Source of the DNA: a virus
Taxonomy: Duplodnaviria; Heunggongvirae; Uroviricota; Caudoviricetes
Reading direction: 5' to 3' (one strand)
Length of the DNA: 64,000 bases
Virus record (IMG/VR): IMGVR_UViG_2506381017_000002
Part shown: positions 37,819 to 48,525 of the stretch, in pieces
How the letters are laid out: the number at the start of each line of letters is the position of its first letter
Numbering within the stretch: position 1 is the first letter of the stretch
The notes under the pieces: model-generated
What the model saw: the letters and a program-made list of their open reading frames with translations, nothing else
The model's database searches: none
What the model was told of the DNA's origin: nothing
Translations under genes and position numbers: made by a program

Positions 37819-38432
37819 TAAATAAAATCAACCTTCCGTCTCCCGGAGCCTTTGCGCTTGTAAGCGACTGTAGGCTGTTCGATCTTCTTCTTTTCCTCTT
37901 TACTAATTTTCTCTACTTTTTTCCGCTCTTTATCCAAAGCATCTAACCTTCTCTGAATAAAATTAATATTTCCTGTCACGATTTTCATGATGTAATTAAT
38001 TTCATGTTCTTCGTTGTTAAATTCAACTGTTTTCTGCGCTTTTTTTATGGCGTCATAAGAATATAACAGCGTATAATAAATTGTTTTGAACGAGTATCCC
38101 TGCTTATTCCCACGAACATTTGTGCTCGCGGGTCTAAATTTACCTACTCTCAATCCCAACAGGCGCTCAACGCAATATTTTGATAGGTTAGCACCAGCAG
38201 GAAGATTTAATATTTCTGACTTGAAATATTGATAAACTTGATCCCAATCACTATTTTCCTGTTCCCTAAACTTGATATCTTCATGTTCTTTAAGATATTT
38301 GGGTAAGCAGTCAATATGGAATTTACGCTTATAATTTCTGTACCCGCTCTTAGTTTTTAGCGGAATTGGTTTGATTACCATATCTTCTTCATTTAATGGA
38401 TTGGCACAGTAATAGCACTTTTGAATAGCCAT
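37818..38432 (-). CDS. hypothetical zinc-finger protein
   Basis: N-terminal CYYC ... HIDC; basic C-terminus. Confidence 0.4.
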   Translation of the reverse strand: MAIQKCYYCANPLNEEDMVIKPIPLKTKSGYRNYKRKFHIDCLPKYLKEHEDIKFREQENSDWDQVYQYFKSEILNLPAGANLSKYCVERLLGLRVGKFRPASTNVRGNKQGYSFKTIYYTLLYSYDAIKKAQKTVEFNNEEHEINYIMKIVTGNINFIQRRLDALDKERKKVEKISKEEKKKIEQPTVAYKRKGSGRRKVDFI

Positions 38433-39535
38433 TATAGTTTAACCTTTCGAATTTCAAATTCATTTTGGTTAACTAAAACTACACCTTGAGAACGACTAGA
38501 TTTCGCACTTATTTTTTTGCTGTATTCATCCATTCCTTTGATCGATCCAAAAGTTGCTTGGAAACGATTATCACCCACTTCTAACATTGAGAAACGATGT
38601 AAATGTCCTCCAAGAACTGCATCATAATGACGATCATATTGTTCTCCCAATTCAGCTAATGTAGTCTTTTTATTCAAATTATTTCTATCACCATGTACAA
38701 ATGCAAAATTCCAACCTTGTACATTAATGTCTGTAAAATAGCTATCTGAATCAATAAATTCTACGTCTGATCCTGATAATTCAATCCACATCTTAATAAT
38801 CTGATTGCTAATATTTACTGCATGATCTGAATTTAGATTAGAATTTTTGTCTCCTTGCATACGGTCGTGATTACCAGCAATTCCACGATAAGTAATTAGC
38901 TCTACATGTTGCCGAATTCGTTGAATAAAATCAATAATTAATTTTGTTACATGAACGATTTGTTCAGACAAAGTTTCTTCCGAGTCGTATAAGTTCTGGT
39001 TACGCATGTAAGCATGTTCTACAATGTCACCAAGATTAACAATATCAACGCTATAAACTTTATTTTCTTCGATAAGTTTAATGACTTTATCAGCATATTT
39101 AATTAATAAACCTTCAACCACTTGTGTATCATAATAGTTTTCTGGCATATCAACATATGCACCATAATGAATGTCAGATAAACAAACGATCATTGCGCTA
39201 TTTGTATCCTGTCCAGCGTCAGGAAGAATTACTGGATTTTCCGCTAAAACAAAATCGGTCTTTTCTAACGCTGACTTAATTTCATTAATAAACAACAGAT
39301 CTTTATTAGTTTGACGAACTAATCGCCGAATTACTCGACCCTGCTCTTGCGTTTCCAGCTTCTTACTATTCAATTGACCAATTGCATTCTGAATACTTTG
39401 TAACTTATTATCTGCAATCAAGTCCGCATGAGTAGTTGCATCTTTTAAACGACCAGAATCTTTTTGAAACCGTTTAATAAGCCCACGATAGTTTTCGTTA
39501 GTATCACTATCATAGAACCCTTCTTGTTCCATCAT
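38432..39535 (-). CDS. calcineurin-like metallophosphoesterase (Mre11/SbcD-like nuclease candidate)
   Basis: Motifs SDIHYG, NLGDIVEH, GNHDRMQG, FVHGDRN and GGHLHRF. Confidence 0.65.
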   Translation of the reverse strand: MMEQEGFYDSDTNENYRGLIKRFQKDSGRLKDATTHADLIADNKLQSIQNAIGQLNSKKLETQEQGRVIRRLVRQTNKDLLFINEIKSALEKTDFVLAENPVILPDAGQDTNSAMIVCLSDIHYGAYVDMPENYYDTQVVEGLLIKYADKVIKLIEENKVYSVDIVNLGDIVEHAYMRNQNLYDSEETLSEQIVHVTKLIIDFIQRIRQHVELITYRGIAGNHDRMQGDKNSNLNSDHAVNISNQIIKMWIELSGSDVEFIDSDSYFTDINVQGWNFAFVHGDRNNLNKKTTLAELGEQYDRHYDAVLGGHLHRFSMLEVGDNRFQATFGSIKGMDEYSKKISAKSSRSQGVVLVNQNEFEIRKVKL

Positions 39536-39758
39536 CTTCTTGTGCTTAGGCCATGAGCAACGTCTCGATGGGGACGTTTTTTGTAATTCTTCTTTTATTT
39601 CACTAGCTACATTTAAATGTTGGTGAGTAACATTAATATGTTCTCCCTTTTTATTAACATAGCTGTATTCTTTTGTAGCGATACTAATTACCCTCCATAG
39701 TTTTAGTTTTATATATGTACACGAGGAAAATCCTCGTAATTAAATATGTTATGTGTTA

Positions 39759-40754
39759 TTAAGCTGCTACCGGTGTTTCGTCTAAAATTTTCACCTTTTG
39801 TTCATTCATATACTTAATAACCTTATTTTGTTGTTCTTTAGTTAATGCGCTTAAAGTCTTGCTTCCAGTCATCTCTTTAACTTTAGTAGCAAATTCTTGC
39901 TTCTTATCTTGACCTTCTAACAAAGATAAGAAATCTGCCACTTGATCTTCAAACGGCATTTCAGAAGTAATACTTTCTTCATATGCGACCTTGGCCTTTT
40001 TCTTATCCTTACTAAAGTCTTTAACAATAACATTACCCTTGTTGTCATCTGCTTCTAAGCGTTTGGCCCAGTTGACATACGAAGGATTTTCGATTTCGGC
40101 TCCCCGAGCATAGGTATCAGTACGGTCTTTTTCAACTACACCAAAGTACTTATTATCACGAGTAAATAATCGAAGAACCACGTCGTAATCGAATGGCGCC
40201 TTCTTTGCCATATCCGGCTTCTCGCCAGTCTTAACACGGACACCGCCACCTGCATCTTTCATTACATCTGAAGCCTGAGCAATTGACACAATATTAATTC
40301 CTTGACTTGCTAATTTAAGTTTTAAGTTCTGCAAGCGACTCGCTAATTGCTTAATCTTTCCCCATGAACGTACAGACAAATTAGCATCAAGTACATCTTT
40401 TCCCTTACGAATCGCACGAGATTCTTCAACTTCTTGAAGGGCCTCTTGAATGTTTTCGTAAATCTTAGTTTCTGAATCAATAATTAATGTCTTGAAGTCG
40501 TCCACATTTTCATCTAATTCATCAATTAAATTAGCTAAATCATCAAATGATTGGGAATCAACAATTCCTAATAAATTCTTGGCCCGTTCTGTTCCTTCGT
40601 ACCACGCATACCCGTCTTCACTATCCATTGCAATTATTTCCGGGAATGAAAGACCAAAAACAGTCTTACCAACACCTGTTGGTCCGTATACTAAAATTTT
40701 CAAGCCCTTTTTACGGCTGTTAGGCTTTCGCAACATATCCAAATCCAATGCCAT
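39759..40754 (-). CDS. RecA-fold AAA ATPase (Sak4-like recombination/replication ATPase candidate)
   Basis: Walker A ILVYGPTGVGKTVF and Walker B LIIDSE; 331 aa. Confidence 0.5.
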   Translation of the reverse strand: MALDLDMLRKPNSRKKGLKILVYGPTGVGKTVFGLSFPEIIAMDSEDGYAWYEGTERAKNLLGIVDSQSFDDLANLIDELDENVDDFKTLIIDSETKIYENIQEALQEVEESRAIRKGKDVLDANLSVRSWGKIKQLASRLQNLKLKLASQGINIVSIAQASDVMKDAGGGVRVKTGEKPDMAKKAPFDYDVVLRLFTRDNKYFGVVEKDRTDTYARGAEIENPSYVNWAKRLEADDNKGNVIVKDFSKDKKKAKVAYEESITSEMPFEDQVADFLSLLEGQDKKQEFATKVKEMTGSKTLSALTKEQQNKVIKYMNEQKVKILDETPVAA

Positions 40755-40812
40755 ACAATAACTCCTTTAATTAATATCATTTCGTATTTTTGTTGTGGTT
40801 GATGAAAAATTT

Positions 40813-41964
40813 TTATTTAAATAAACCGCCAAACATATCATCGACGCCAGATTCTTCTTCTTCCTTGTTGTCGTCCTCATTGAATACGCTGGTATTTTCT
40901 TCAATATCTTCATCATCTTCAACAACAATCAAGGCCTCTGGAGAATACTTATCAGCCAACATGAAATCGGACTTTTCGCCATCGACGTTCATTAATGGCA
41001 TCTTAAAAATAACCTTGTCAACACTGCGGTCACCAATTGTTTCTTCGTTTTCAATTTGTTCTTCGGTCATAATACCAAGTTGAATCAATTCCATAACCTG
41101 CTTACTTCGTTGAATCTTACCCGTACTCTTTTCATAACCGTGAACAATATTATTCTTAAGACCAATTTCACGAACTACGCCTTTCTTAACCTTAAAAAGC
41201 GTTTCGATAGCCTTGGTCATCATATCTACTTTTTCTTCCGTAGTTTGAATAGTAAATTGTTGTGGGAAGGCAAGCGTCTTTTTAATTTCCTTGCCATTTT
41301 CTTTGCCAATGTATTGTGGGACAAGGGCATTAACAACAATTTCGTTTCTTTCCTTTAATGTCTTTTCCCAATCTCGTGGCAACGCCGTACTTTCAAGCAA
41401 GTAGGTTTGACGCATTTCTGCCTTTTCTTCTACTTCTTCATTATCCTTACCGTCATACAAGCCAATATTTGTAATATTAAAACTACGACTGATCTTTCCA
41501 TCGTAACGTTGATATTCAATATTCCCACTAACATAAATTTCTTGGCCGTCATGTAAGTGTTCGTCCATGTAATTAATAGCATCTAGCTCAGACAAGAAAC
41601 GTTTTCGGATTAACTTCCCTTTTTCGTCACGTTCAAGGGCAACGTTAATAAATGAGAACTCAGCAACATTTTCAAGAGCATCTTCGTTATCACGTAGGTC
41701 CCAATCAAGTTCCATATGTTGATTAGTATCCTTGTTAAATACATGAACAACTGGCTTGCGCTTTGAGTAGCCACCCATCATTTGCACATAAATCGAATTG
41801 CTATCACCAATCTTAACTGGGAAGCCCACTCGTTTATATACCCAACCTGACTTAGATTCAGTAGTTTGTGCAGGGAATGTGTCGCTTGAAATAGAAGCTC
41901 GTCCACGAGCAGTAAAACGAGCAATTCCCGGTTTTAATTCTTTTTCTAACTTAGCCTTTGGCAT
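40813..41964 (-). CDS. putative ssDNA-binding protein (acidic C-terminal tail)
   Basis: 383 aa ending ...EEEESGVDDMFGGLFK, reminiscent of SSB acidic tips; no further motif. Confidence 0.3.
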   Translation of the reverse strand: MPKAKLEKELKPGIARFTARGRASISSDTFPAQTTESKSGWVYKRVGFPVKIGDSNSIYVQMMGGYSKRKPVVHVFNKDTNQHMELDWDLRDNEDALENVAEFSFINVALERDEKGKLIRKRFLSELDAINYMDEHLHDGQEIYVSGNIEYQRYDGKISRSFNITNIGLYDGKDNEEVEEKAEMRQTYLLESTALPRDWEKTLKERNEIVVNALVPQYIGKENGKEIKKTLAFPQQFTIQTTEEKVDMMTKAIETLFKVKKGVVREIGLKNNIVHGYEKSTGKIQRSKQVMELIQLGIMTEEQIENEETIGDRSVDKVIFKMPLMNVDGEKSDFMLADKYSPEALIVVEDDEDIEENTSVFNEDDNKEEEESGVDDMFGGLFK

Positions 41965-42550
41965 TAACTAGTTCCTCCTTAGAAATTTTCTTAAATTGTA
42001 ATTGTTGTTTTTCAGGATCTGTATACGAGATCAGTATTACTCCATCATTTAACTCTTCAAAGTTAAATTCCATTTCATCATCTAATCCAGCTTCTTTGCG
42101 GATAACATCAAAATTGGGAGCAATACTAATGTAGGCTGCATCAATATCCACCTTGATAATTTCTCCATCATTATCAGAAATCTTTTTCTGCTCATCCTTT
42201 AAAAGTGAAACTAGCGCACTACTAAATTCTTCAAGGCTTAATTGGTTACCTTTTTGTTTACTGCTAGATCCACGATCTGTAGCTTCATTTAAAGGTGACG
42301 TACTTGTACTTTTTTGTTCGTCACGATCTCTTCCTTCAATTCTTGAGAATCCCGCTCGAATAACTTCAAAGCCAGCCTCTTGCAATGCTTGGACTAATTT
42401 TTGGTATCTATCTTCTGCAATAGCACTCAAGAGCTCATTATCGTTATCAACACCTAAATAGGCTTTAATACCAGGAATAGCTTCTGGAGTAAGAATTTTA
42501 GTCAAATCTAATCCAACTTGTATGTCATACTTGTGTGTAAAATTACTCAT
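41951..42550 (-). CDS. hypothetical protein
   Basis: 199 aa. Confidence 0.45.
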   Translation of the reverse strand: MSNFTHKYDIQVGLDLTKILTPEAIPGIKAYLGVDNDNELLSAIAEDRYQKLVQALQEAGFEVIRAGFSRIEGRDRDEQKSTSTSPLNEATDRGSSSKQKGNQLSLEEFSSALVSLLKDEQKKISDNDGEIIKVDIDAAYISIAPNFDVIRKEAGLDDEMEFNFEELNDGVILISYTDPEKQQLQFKKISKEELVNAKG

Positions 42551-43118
42551 GAATCAATTCCCACCATTCATTTAATTGCCGATACGTATCTTGGAGTGAA
42601 CCCGAGTTATCAATAACATAAATTTCACTGAATGGATATGGTGCATTTAATTGTGTAACGAAACGTTTAGGGAATTGTTCACGGCCATATTCTTGTAAGA
42701 AATCCATTTGTCGTTCACTATTCTTTCCTAAATCTTCTTCGTTATAACCACCATCCCGATCTTTCAGTCTCTTTTTTGCGACTTCTGGGTCGGTATAAAC
42801 ATACAAGGGCTTAAAACCCTTTTCGATGCAGTAATGTGAATATTCTAATAATTTGCGAATATCTGGGATTATTAACGGTGTATCAATACTGCCATATTTT
42901 TCGTCAAGTAGATTAATCCACGCTTCATGACCGAAAATACTTCTGATACTTTCTCCCAAATCTTGCAGGTGATGACGCTGTACCTTGTCCCCGGCAAATT
43001 GCTCAGCTAATTCATGAATAGGTTCTCCTAATGCGTGTTTAACAGCACGGCCGTTAAACAAATTATCTTTAATATAATTTGCCACTGTATCTTTACCTGC
43101 ACCACCACTAGAACCCAT
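42543..43118 (-). CDS. deoxynucleoside monophosphate kinase (T4 gp1-like)
   Basis: N-terminal MGSSGGAGKDTVANYI (SG...SGKDT P-loop variant) and IIPDIR (compare T4 gp1 IVPDTR). Confidence 0.65.
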   Translation of the reverse strand: MGSSGGAGKDTVANYIKDNLFNGRAVKHALGEPIHELAEQFAGDKVQRHHLQDLGESIRSIFGHEAWINLLDEKYGSIDTPLIIPDIRKLLEYSHYCIEKGFKPLYVYTDPEVAKKRLKDRDGGYNEEDLGKNSERQMDFLQEYGREQFPKRFVTQLNAPYPFSEIYVIDNSGSLQDTYRQLNEWWELIHE

Positions 43119-43292
43119 AATGGCTATATTTAAGATAGATATTCCTCCTTTTGATATATATTAGTATTTTTGTTGTGATTAATAATGCTCAGTTATCATA
43201 TCAAAAAAGATATAAGCAAGTCATAAAATTGCATCTACCGGTAACGTTTTTTTGAAGAAACTAAAAAAAGCAGTAGTTACACTGCAAAATAA

Positions 43293-44561
43293 CTACTGCT
43301 TGATTTTCATTAAGTTTTCTCTATCGTGATAGTACATAAGTCCACGATGCCAAATTGAGTTTGCGAATTTTTGAGAAGAAATAGCTTCTTTAATCTTATC
43401 TTCTGGATAGTCGCCAACCTCACCAAATACCTCTACAATCTCAGTCACCACGTCAGATTGATGTTCTGGTTGTAAAGTACCATATTTGGCTATCAATCTA
43501 CGATTAACCAGGTCAATTATACCAGATATTCTTAATTTATTAGCGCTAACCTTTGAATCCTTACCATACACAGTTTTCCACGCCTCATTAAGTCTCTTGT
43601 TAAGAGTCCAATGTCCAAGTGGAGTTTCTTCACTACTTAAAAATTTTAATTTACGAAATAGGTAAGAGTCTTGTGTTACAGGTATAAAGTATTTGTCAGT
43701 TTGAGGACTGGCCCCTCCTCCATTCTTCACCTTAACTTCCTTTATCCCTAAATTTATCCACTCCATTTCTTTTGGAGTAAACTTAACTATTCTATCACCA
43801 TATTTACCATGGACAGTTAATTCATTTCCGTTAAAGTCTTTTAGTTTAATGCGAGCAATTTCGCTATCTTCCGTTTCTCTAGCAAGATATATACCTTTAA
43901 ATAGAAATAGAGCAATTAAGTTTTCTGGACTTGGCGATTCCGGCATAAAATTGTCCATAAGCTCATTATAGGTAATTAATTGTAATTTTCTAGGCTTCCA
44001 TTTATGCGAGTGTAAAGCCCAATTATCTTCGATCGCTATTTTCTTGTCGTTATATTTTGATAACAGGTCATTAATTGATCGCACTAAAGTACGACAATAG
44101 CCCAATTTATTATTGACCGTCTTTTCGTTCAGTTGCTTCTCTTCAAGTAAATATTTGCGAAATTCTTTTATCTGAGCTTTATTGAATTCCCAAAATGGAA
44201 TGTTATACTTTTTTTCGATTGTTTCTACATCGGTCAACGCAGCATTAGCACCTGCCGCACTTATTTCGTTATGCCGTTCTGCATAGTAATACCATGATAA
44301 TTGTTTTATGTTATTCCCAATCTCATATTTAGGATTAAAAGACCTATATTTTTCAATTCGATATGTTCGGAGTTGAAGGTATTTATTTAACTTATCATTC
44401 ATAAAGTTATTAAAAAACACATGGAATATAATTTCAACCTGTTCTGAATTATATTCCACTGACAATAACAATTCACTAATTTCTTTCTGATCTTTCTCCC
44501 CTAGATCATTAATTATCTCATTAAGATTACCGATTCTGTCTAATATTATCTTATTTTCCAT
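43293..44561 (-). CDS. hypothetical protein, possibly recombinase-associated
   Basis: 422 aa immediately downstream of the tyrosine recombinase; no clear catalytic motifs. Confidence 0.35.
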   Translation of the reverse strand: MENKIILDRIGNLNEIINDLGEKDQKEISELLLSVEYNSEQVEIIFHVFFNNFMNDKLNKYLQLRTYRIEKYRSFNPKYEIGNNIKQLSWYYYAERHNEISAAGANAALTDVETIEKKYNIPFWEFNKAQIKEFRKYLLEEKQLNEKTVNNKLGYCRTLVRSINDLLSKYNDKKIAIEDNWALHSHKWKPRKLQLITYNELMDNFMPESPSPENLIALFLFKGIYLARETEDSEIARIKLKDFNGNELTVHGKYGDRIVKFTPKEMEWINLGIKEVKVKNGGGASPQTDKYFIPVTQDSYLFRKLKFLSSEETPLGHWTLNKRLNEAWKTVYGKDSKVSANKLRISGIIDLVNRRLIAKYGTLQPEHQSDVVTEIVEVFGEVGDYPEDKIKEAISSQKFANSIWHRGLMYYHDRENLMKIKQ

Positions 44562-44727
44562 GTTCTTCCCCTATATGCCTGTCCTAATTAATCTAAACAA
44601 TTGTATTATACCTTTAGTTATAGCTTAAATCCATACATCAAATACAATTGTGTTGTTATATTAACACTTTCTTATATTATAGCAAGCAGAATAGGCTATT
44701 AATTTACCCCAACCAGATATTAGTGAA

Positions 44728-45768
44728 TTATTTTAGTACTTTGTGCTCCTTACCAGTACGATAAACTGTATTTTCTATTTCTGGACGTGAGTGAATTAAC
44801 ATTAATAATTGTTCTTTTGAGAGCTTATCAATTTCTGTGTAATCATAATTGGTTGTTAGCATTGCTGCTCCAGTCATTGTTGGGTCTTGTTGTGAATGGA
44901 TATATTTTTCTGTGTTCACGATACTCTCGTGATCTAGGAAATCTTTTACTAACATAATATCTTTAGTTTGGTAATAAAGAGTAGTGGCAGCTCCTGCACG
45001 CAATGAGTGTGGTGTTAATTGGTGATTTATTTTCTTACTAAATTCTCTAAGCGCATTCTTTAATGTTTCATGCGAAAGAGAGTTAAATACGAATTCATTT
45101 TTATCTCCGTTAAACAATTTTTCTTTTAACTTATTGTAATAACTCAATTCAAGATATTTAGTATTTAATTTTTTCCCTTTATCAATAACGTCTAATCGTG
45201 CAAAACGTGTTCCATCATGTGCAATGACGAATTGAAAATCTTCCCATTTGATCGAAAATATCGCTGAAACACGGACGCCTGTTCTAAACATAAAATCTAC
45301 TAATAACGCATATTTTATTCCTAACGTTTCATCGGGATCATTACGATATCTTCTCTCTTTTAAAAATTCTTTTAATTGTTCTAACTCTTCACGAGAAATT
45401 GCCTCATGGTGCTTAACGTCATTTGTCTTTAATGATTTATTTGTTAAAACGTAATTATTTAAATCGTCAATATTTACACTTTTATAAATTCCCTCCTTCT
45501 TAATCATTTTCATAAGTGAACGAACTGCTATCAAGTGACCTTTAATCGTTGAATCCTTAATGTCTTTTTCTCGTAAAGGTGCAATAAATTTATTTAATAC
45601 ATCACTGAACCGAAGATGATTTAGGTCATATTCGCTAATCTCAACTGGCTCTTTATTAAACACCATTTTGCTGAAAAGCGTTACTGATGTTTTGTAATTG
45701 TGAATTGTATTAGCTGTAGCCAACGAATTAATCCAAGTTAAGTATACTTCGTGCATTTCTCTTTCCAT
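44728..45768 (-). CDS. tyrosine recombinase / phage integrase family protein
   Basis: GGAGGA RBS before MEREMHEV; FRTGVRVSAI (box I Arg), HSLRAGAAT, and LDHESIVNTEKYIH (His...Tyr). Confidence 0.75.
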   Translation of the reverse strand: MEREMHEVYLTWINSLATANTIHNYKTSVTLFSKMVFNKEPVEISEYDLNHLRFSDVLNKFIAPLREKDIKDSTIKGHLIAVRSLMKMIKKEGIYKSVNIDDLNNYVLTNKSLKTNDVKHHEAISREELEQLKEFLKERRYRNDPDETLGIKYALLVDFMFRTGVRVSAIFSIKWEDFQFVIAHDGTRFARLDVIDKGKKLNTKYLELSYYNKLKEKLFNGDKNEFVFNSLSHETLKNALREFSKKINHQLTPHSLRAGAATTLYYQTKDIMLVKDFLDHESIVNTEKYIHSQQDPTMTGAAMLTTNYDYTEIDKLSKEQLLMLIHSRPEIENTVYRTGKEHKVLK

Positions 45769-46012
45769 TGTAATTCCTCCATATCTCCTATAACACAATG
45801 CGGATTTTATAAATCAATACTAAAAACAGATAATTTTTATAGCACCTACAAATAAGTCAATTTCGAGCATTTAATTTTACTTACTCTTAAATAAATGATA
45901 TAAAAGCTATAATAAAAAAACGGAGCCATTTAATACAGCTCCGTTTTTTCAATATCAAGTGTATAAATATTTTAATTAAATATTATAAAATCCGCATTTT
46001 ATTTCGTTTTTC

Positions 46013-46540
46013 TTACCATTGAAATTTATATTGTTGTGGTGACAGTTGATACGTGTAAGTCTCAACTATATTTCTATCCTTGTCGATTACATAATCTACT
46101 GTAAAATTATTCGGATCATCACCATTGATTTTGCACCACTTAGGCCCATTCTGACCATCAAGTTTTATTTTATCTCCAGATTTCGTATGTTTTATTTTCA
46201 TCCATCCTTCTTTTACTGGATAAAAGTCACTGTCGTCACTTTGCTTTTTATTATAGCCATTTTTGCTAGATAGCATATTGTTGTAATCTTTCTTTTCATT
46301 AGAGTTTAGTTTTGACTCGTCTATATTGTTATTCCCATCTACTTCAGCAACAAATTGACGATAACCAGTTCCTTTTCCGTTAAATAAAATGACAATACGT
46401 CGATTTTCTGATTTCGGACTACTACGTAAGTAGATTTTTCCTGCTAAGTCCTTATTAGACATAGCATGAACATCATTAGGAATAATAACTATCCCAATTG
46501 CCACTAAAAATGCAATAATAATTCCAAAATATTTTTTCAT
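46013..46540 (-). CDS. secreted protein
   Basis: Signal peptide ending ...NDVHA; 175 aa. Confidence 0.5.
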   Translation of the reverse strand: MKKYFGIIIAFLVAIGIVIIPNDVHAMSNKDLAGKIYLRSSPKSENRRIVILFNGKGTGYRQFVAEVDGNNNIDESKLNSNEKKDYNNMLSSKNGYNKKQSDDSDFYPVKEGWMKIKHTKSGDKIKLDGQNGPKWCKINGDDPNNFTVDYVIDKDRNIVETYTYQLSPQQYKFQW

Positions 46541-46563
46541 AGTAAATTTTCTCCTGTCGCTAA

Positions 46564-47223
46564 CTATAGGTCTTGAAGTTCTTCTACATGGTCAGCTACT
46601 TTTTGGTCCAATTCATTATGCTTATCCATAAAGTCATCGTAGCTTCCACTAATATTCGTAGCATGGTTAGCAAAATGTTTTGCGTCTAAATAAGCATTAT
46701 GAATTTTCTCTTTGTCTGAATCGTCAACAGAATCATTTTTCTGAATCTTCTGGTCTAAGTCATGAAGATCGCTAAGTTTACTATCAACATCATCAATCTC
46801 ATCAGTATGATTATTTTGAATAGTATCAATTGTAGAATCTACATCAAAATCATCGTCAGAATTTTCTATAGCATCATTCCATTCGTTACCTTCTTTGGAA
46901 GATAATTGTTCTACCTTGTGACCAAGTGCAAAGTATTGAGTAGCAAATTCTTCTTTATCATCTTTGTAATTTGATTTGTTTTTCTTCTGTTGTTGGGCTG
47001 TTTCTGCCTGCTCTTCCGCTTCATCGGCACTATTTTGAGCCATTCCACCGAAAATAAATGTACATACAACTACTACACACGTAATGATAAATTTCTTTTT
47101 GCTTTTCTTAAACTGATCGCTCTCTTTATCTTTTCTTTGTTTAAACCACTTAACACCGTAGACTATTGCAACAATAAATGAGACTAAAAACGCCAATTCT
47201 AATAAGCCAGCTAAAGTTTCCAT
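46564..47223 (-). CDS. membrane protein with acidic C-terminal domain
   Basis: Two TM helices then a D/E-rich tail. Confidence 0.45.
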   Translation of the reverse strand: METLAGLLELAFLVSFIVAIVYGVKWFKQRKDKESDQFKKSKKKFIITCVVVVCTFIFGGMAQNSADEAEEQAETAQQQKKNKSNYKDDKEEFATQYFALGHKVEQLSSKEGNEWNDAIENSDDDFDVDSTIDTIQNNHTDEIDDVDSKLSDLHDLDQKIQKNDSVDDSDKEKIHNAYLDAKHFANHATNISGSYDDFMDKHNELDQKVADHVEELQDL

Positions 47224-47340
47224 AATATAAATATCCTCCTAATTACACAAAAATGGTCAATCAGCGTAGCTAATTGCGTCGATTGACCATTTAGTTTTAA
47301 AACTCCTTTATTTTACCAAAAATTTCTTTCGCTGAAAACG

Positions 47341-47688
47341 CTATATACAAAAGTCATTAATTACTTTACTAAGTTGTCTTTTAACCTTGTTGAAATCTTC
47401 TAGTCGTAATTTATCCATTGGTAAAGAACGCACTCTTTCACGAGAATAACAATGTATTTGTGTTGCATTTACTCGACCATATATATTTGCATAGCCCTGT
47501 AAATTAACGTAACCATTAAAATAAGTTCCACCAGAAGTGATTGGTGCTACCATAAGATAATTTGTATTGCGATTATATCGATCGTTAGAAATAATTACCG
47601 CTGGATGAATACCTTCCATCTCAGTATCTATAGCCGGACTAAAGTCTAAATAGATAATATCTCCCTGTTTATACTGTACTTTACTCAT
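47341..47688 (-). CDS. MazF/PemK-family endoribonuclease toxin
   Basis: GGAGAA RBS before MSKVQYKQGDIIYLDFSP...GIHPAVIISNDRYN...YLMVAPITSGG (PemK signature). Confidence 0.7.
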   Translation of the reverse strand: MSKVQYKQGDIIYLDFSPAIDTEMEGIHPAVIISNDRYNRNTNYLMVAPITSGGTYFNGYVNLQGYANIYGRVNATQIHCYSRERVRSLPMDKLRLEDFNKVKRQLSKVINDFCI

Positions 47689-47736
47689 AATTTTCTCCAT
47701 TCTACATTGTAAAAATGTCATTTTAACGACTGCTTA

Positions 47737-47880
47737 TTCTAAAAAGAGGATCGCCTAGAATGACGACCCCCTTTTTGGTTGATTTTATTTTTCTTTCCAA
47801 TTTTTGGAGGAAAATTTCCTTCCCACCAATCAATACAAATTGCTATTAAGAAACAAATTCCGATAATAATTAAATGTGTC
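47737..47880 (-). CDS. small membrane peptide upstream of the MazF-like gene
   Basis: AGGAGAA RBS; MTHLIIIGICFLIAICIDWWEGNFPPKIGKKNKINQKGGRHSRRSSF; not MazE-like. Confidence 0.3.
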
Positions 47881-47890
47881 ATACATTCTC

Positions 47891-48256
47891 CTATAATTTC
47901 ATATATCCTCTAGAAACAGTTAGATCAGCTAATTTAATACTAAAATTATCAAAATAATCTCGATCATTAATACTTAAATCAGAATATGGAGTACTATCAA
48001 GCCCACCAAATGATAATTTTGAAATAATATCTTTAGTAATTTCCACGCGTGTATCATTTTTATCCCAGCCAGCAGCAATATTCTCTAACCAATCATCATT
48101 TAATTCGTAAGCACGAACTCCACCTTCGGGAGCAATAACGCAAAGAAAATTTTTTCCAACATTACTATTCAAAATTTTCCCAGTTACGCCCATATAGCCA
48201 CATAGGTTACTAAAAATCTCTACTGCATCATCAATTAATGTTCTATGTTTCCACAT
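47891..48256 (-). CDS. hypothetical protein
   Basis: 121 aa with a GGAGGAG RBS. Confidence 0.45.
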   Translation of the reverse strand: MWKHRTLIDDAVEIFSNLCGYMGVTGKILNSNVGKNFLCVIAPEGGVRAYELNDDWLENIAAGWDKNDTRVEITKDIISKLSFGGLDSTPYSDLSINDRDYFDNFSIKLADLTVSRGYMKL

Positions 48257-48525
48257 AATTTTCTCCTCCTACATAAATAAATCTGCAATTGCTACCAATA
48301 AGCACGTTAACAATAATCCGACCTTTACAAAATTAAAGGCAAAGCCTAATTCTTCACCGATCCGATTAATTAAATTCATAATATATTTCCTCCTAAATAA
48401 TAAAGACTTCATTTGAATGCTGCCTAGTTTCCTCACTAAACATAATTCAAATGAAGTCTTTTAACTTCTATTAAAATTTCTTTTGCAAAAAACGTTTTAT
48501 AAAGAAAGACCACCGTTGATATAAA

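Noticed and set aside
33053-37946. Plus-strand ORFs antisense to the RecD-like and DnaB-like helicases (33053, 34277, 34565, 35231, 36341, 37237, 37710) and minus ORFs 33160 and 34690
   Set aside because: All lie inside long, motif-supported minus-strand genes. AT-rich antisense frames commonly stay open.
40492-42461. Plus ORFs 40492-40761, 40790-41083, 41056-41358 and 42153-42461
   Set aside because: Antisense to confident minus-strand genes; Ser/Leu-rich low-complexity translations.
45248-47181. Plus ORFs 45248-45454, 46046-46273 and 46990-47181
   Set aside because: Antisense shadow ORFs.
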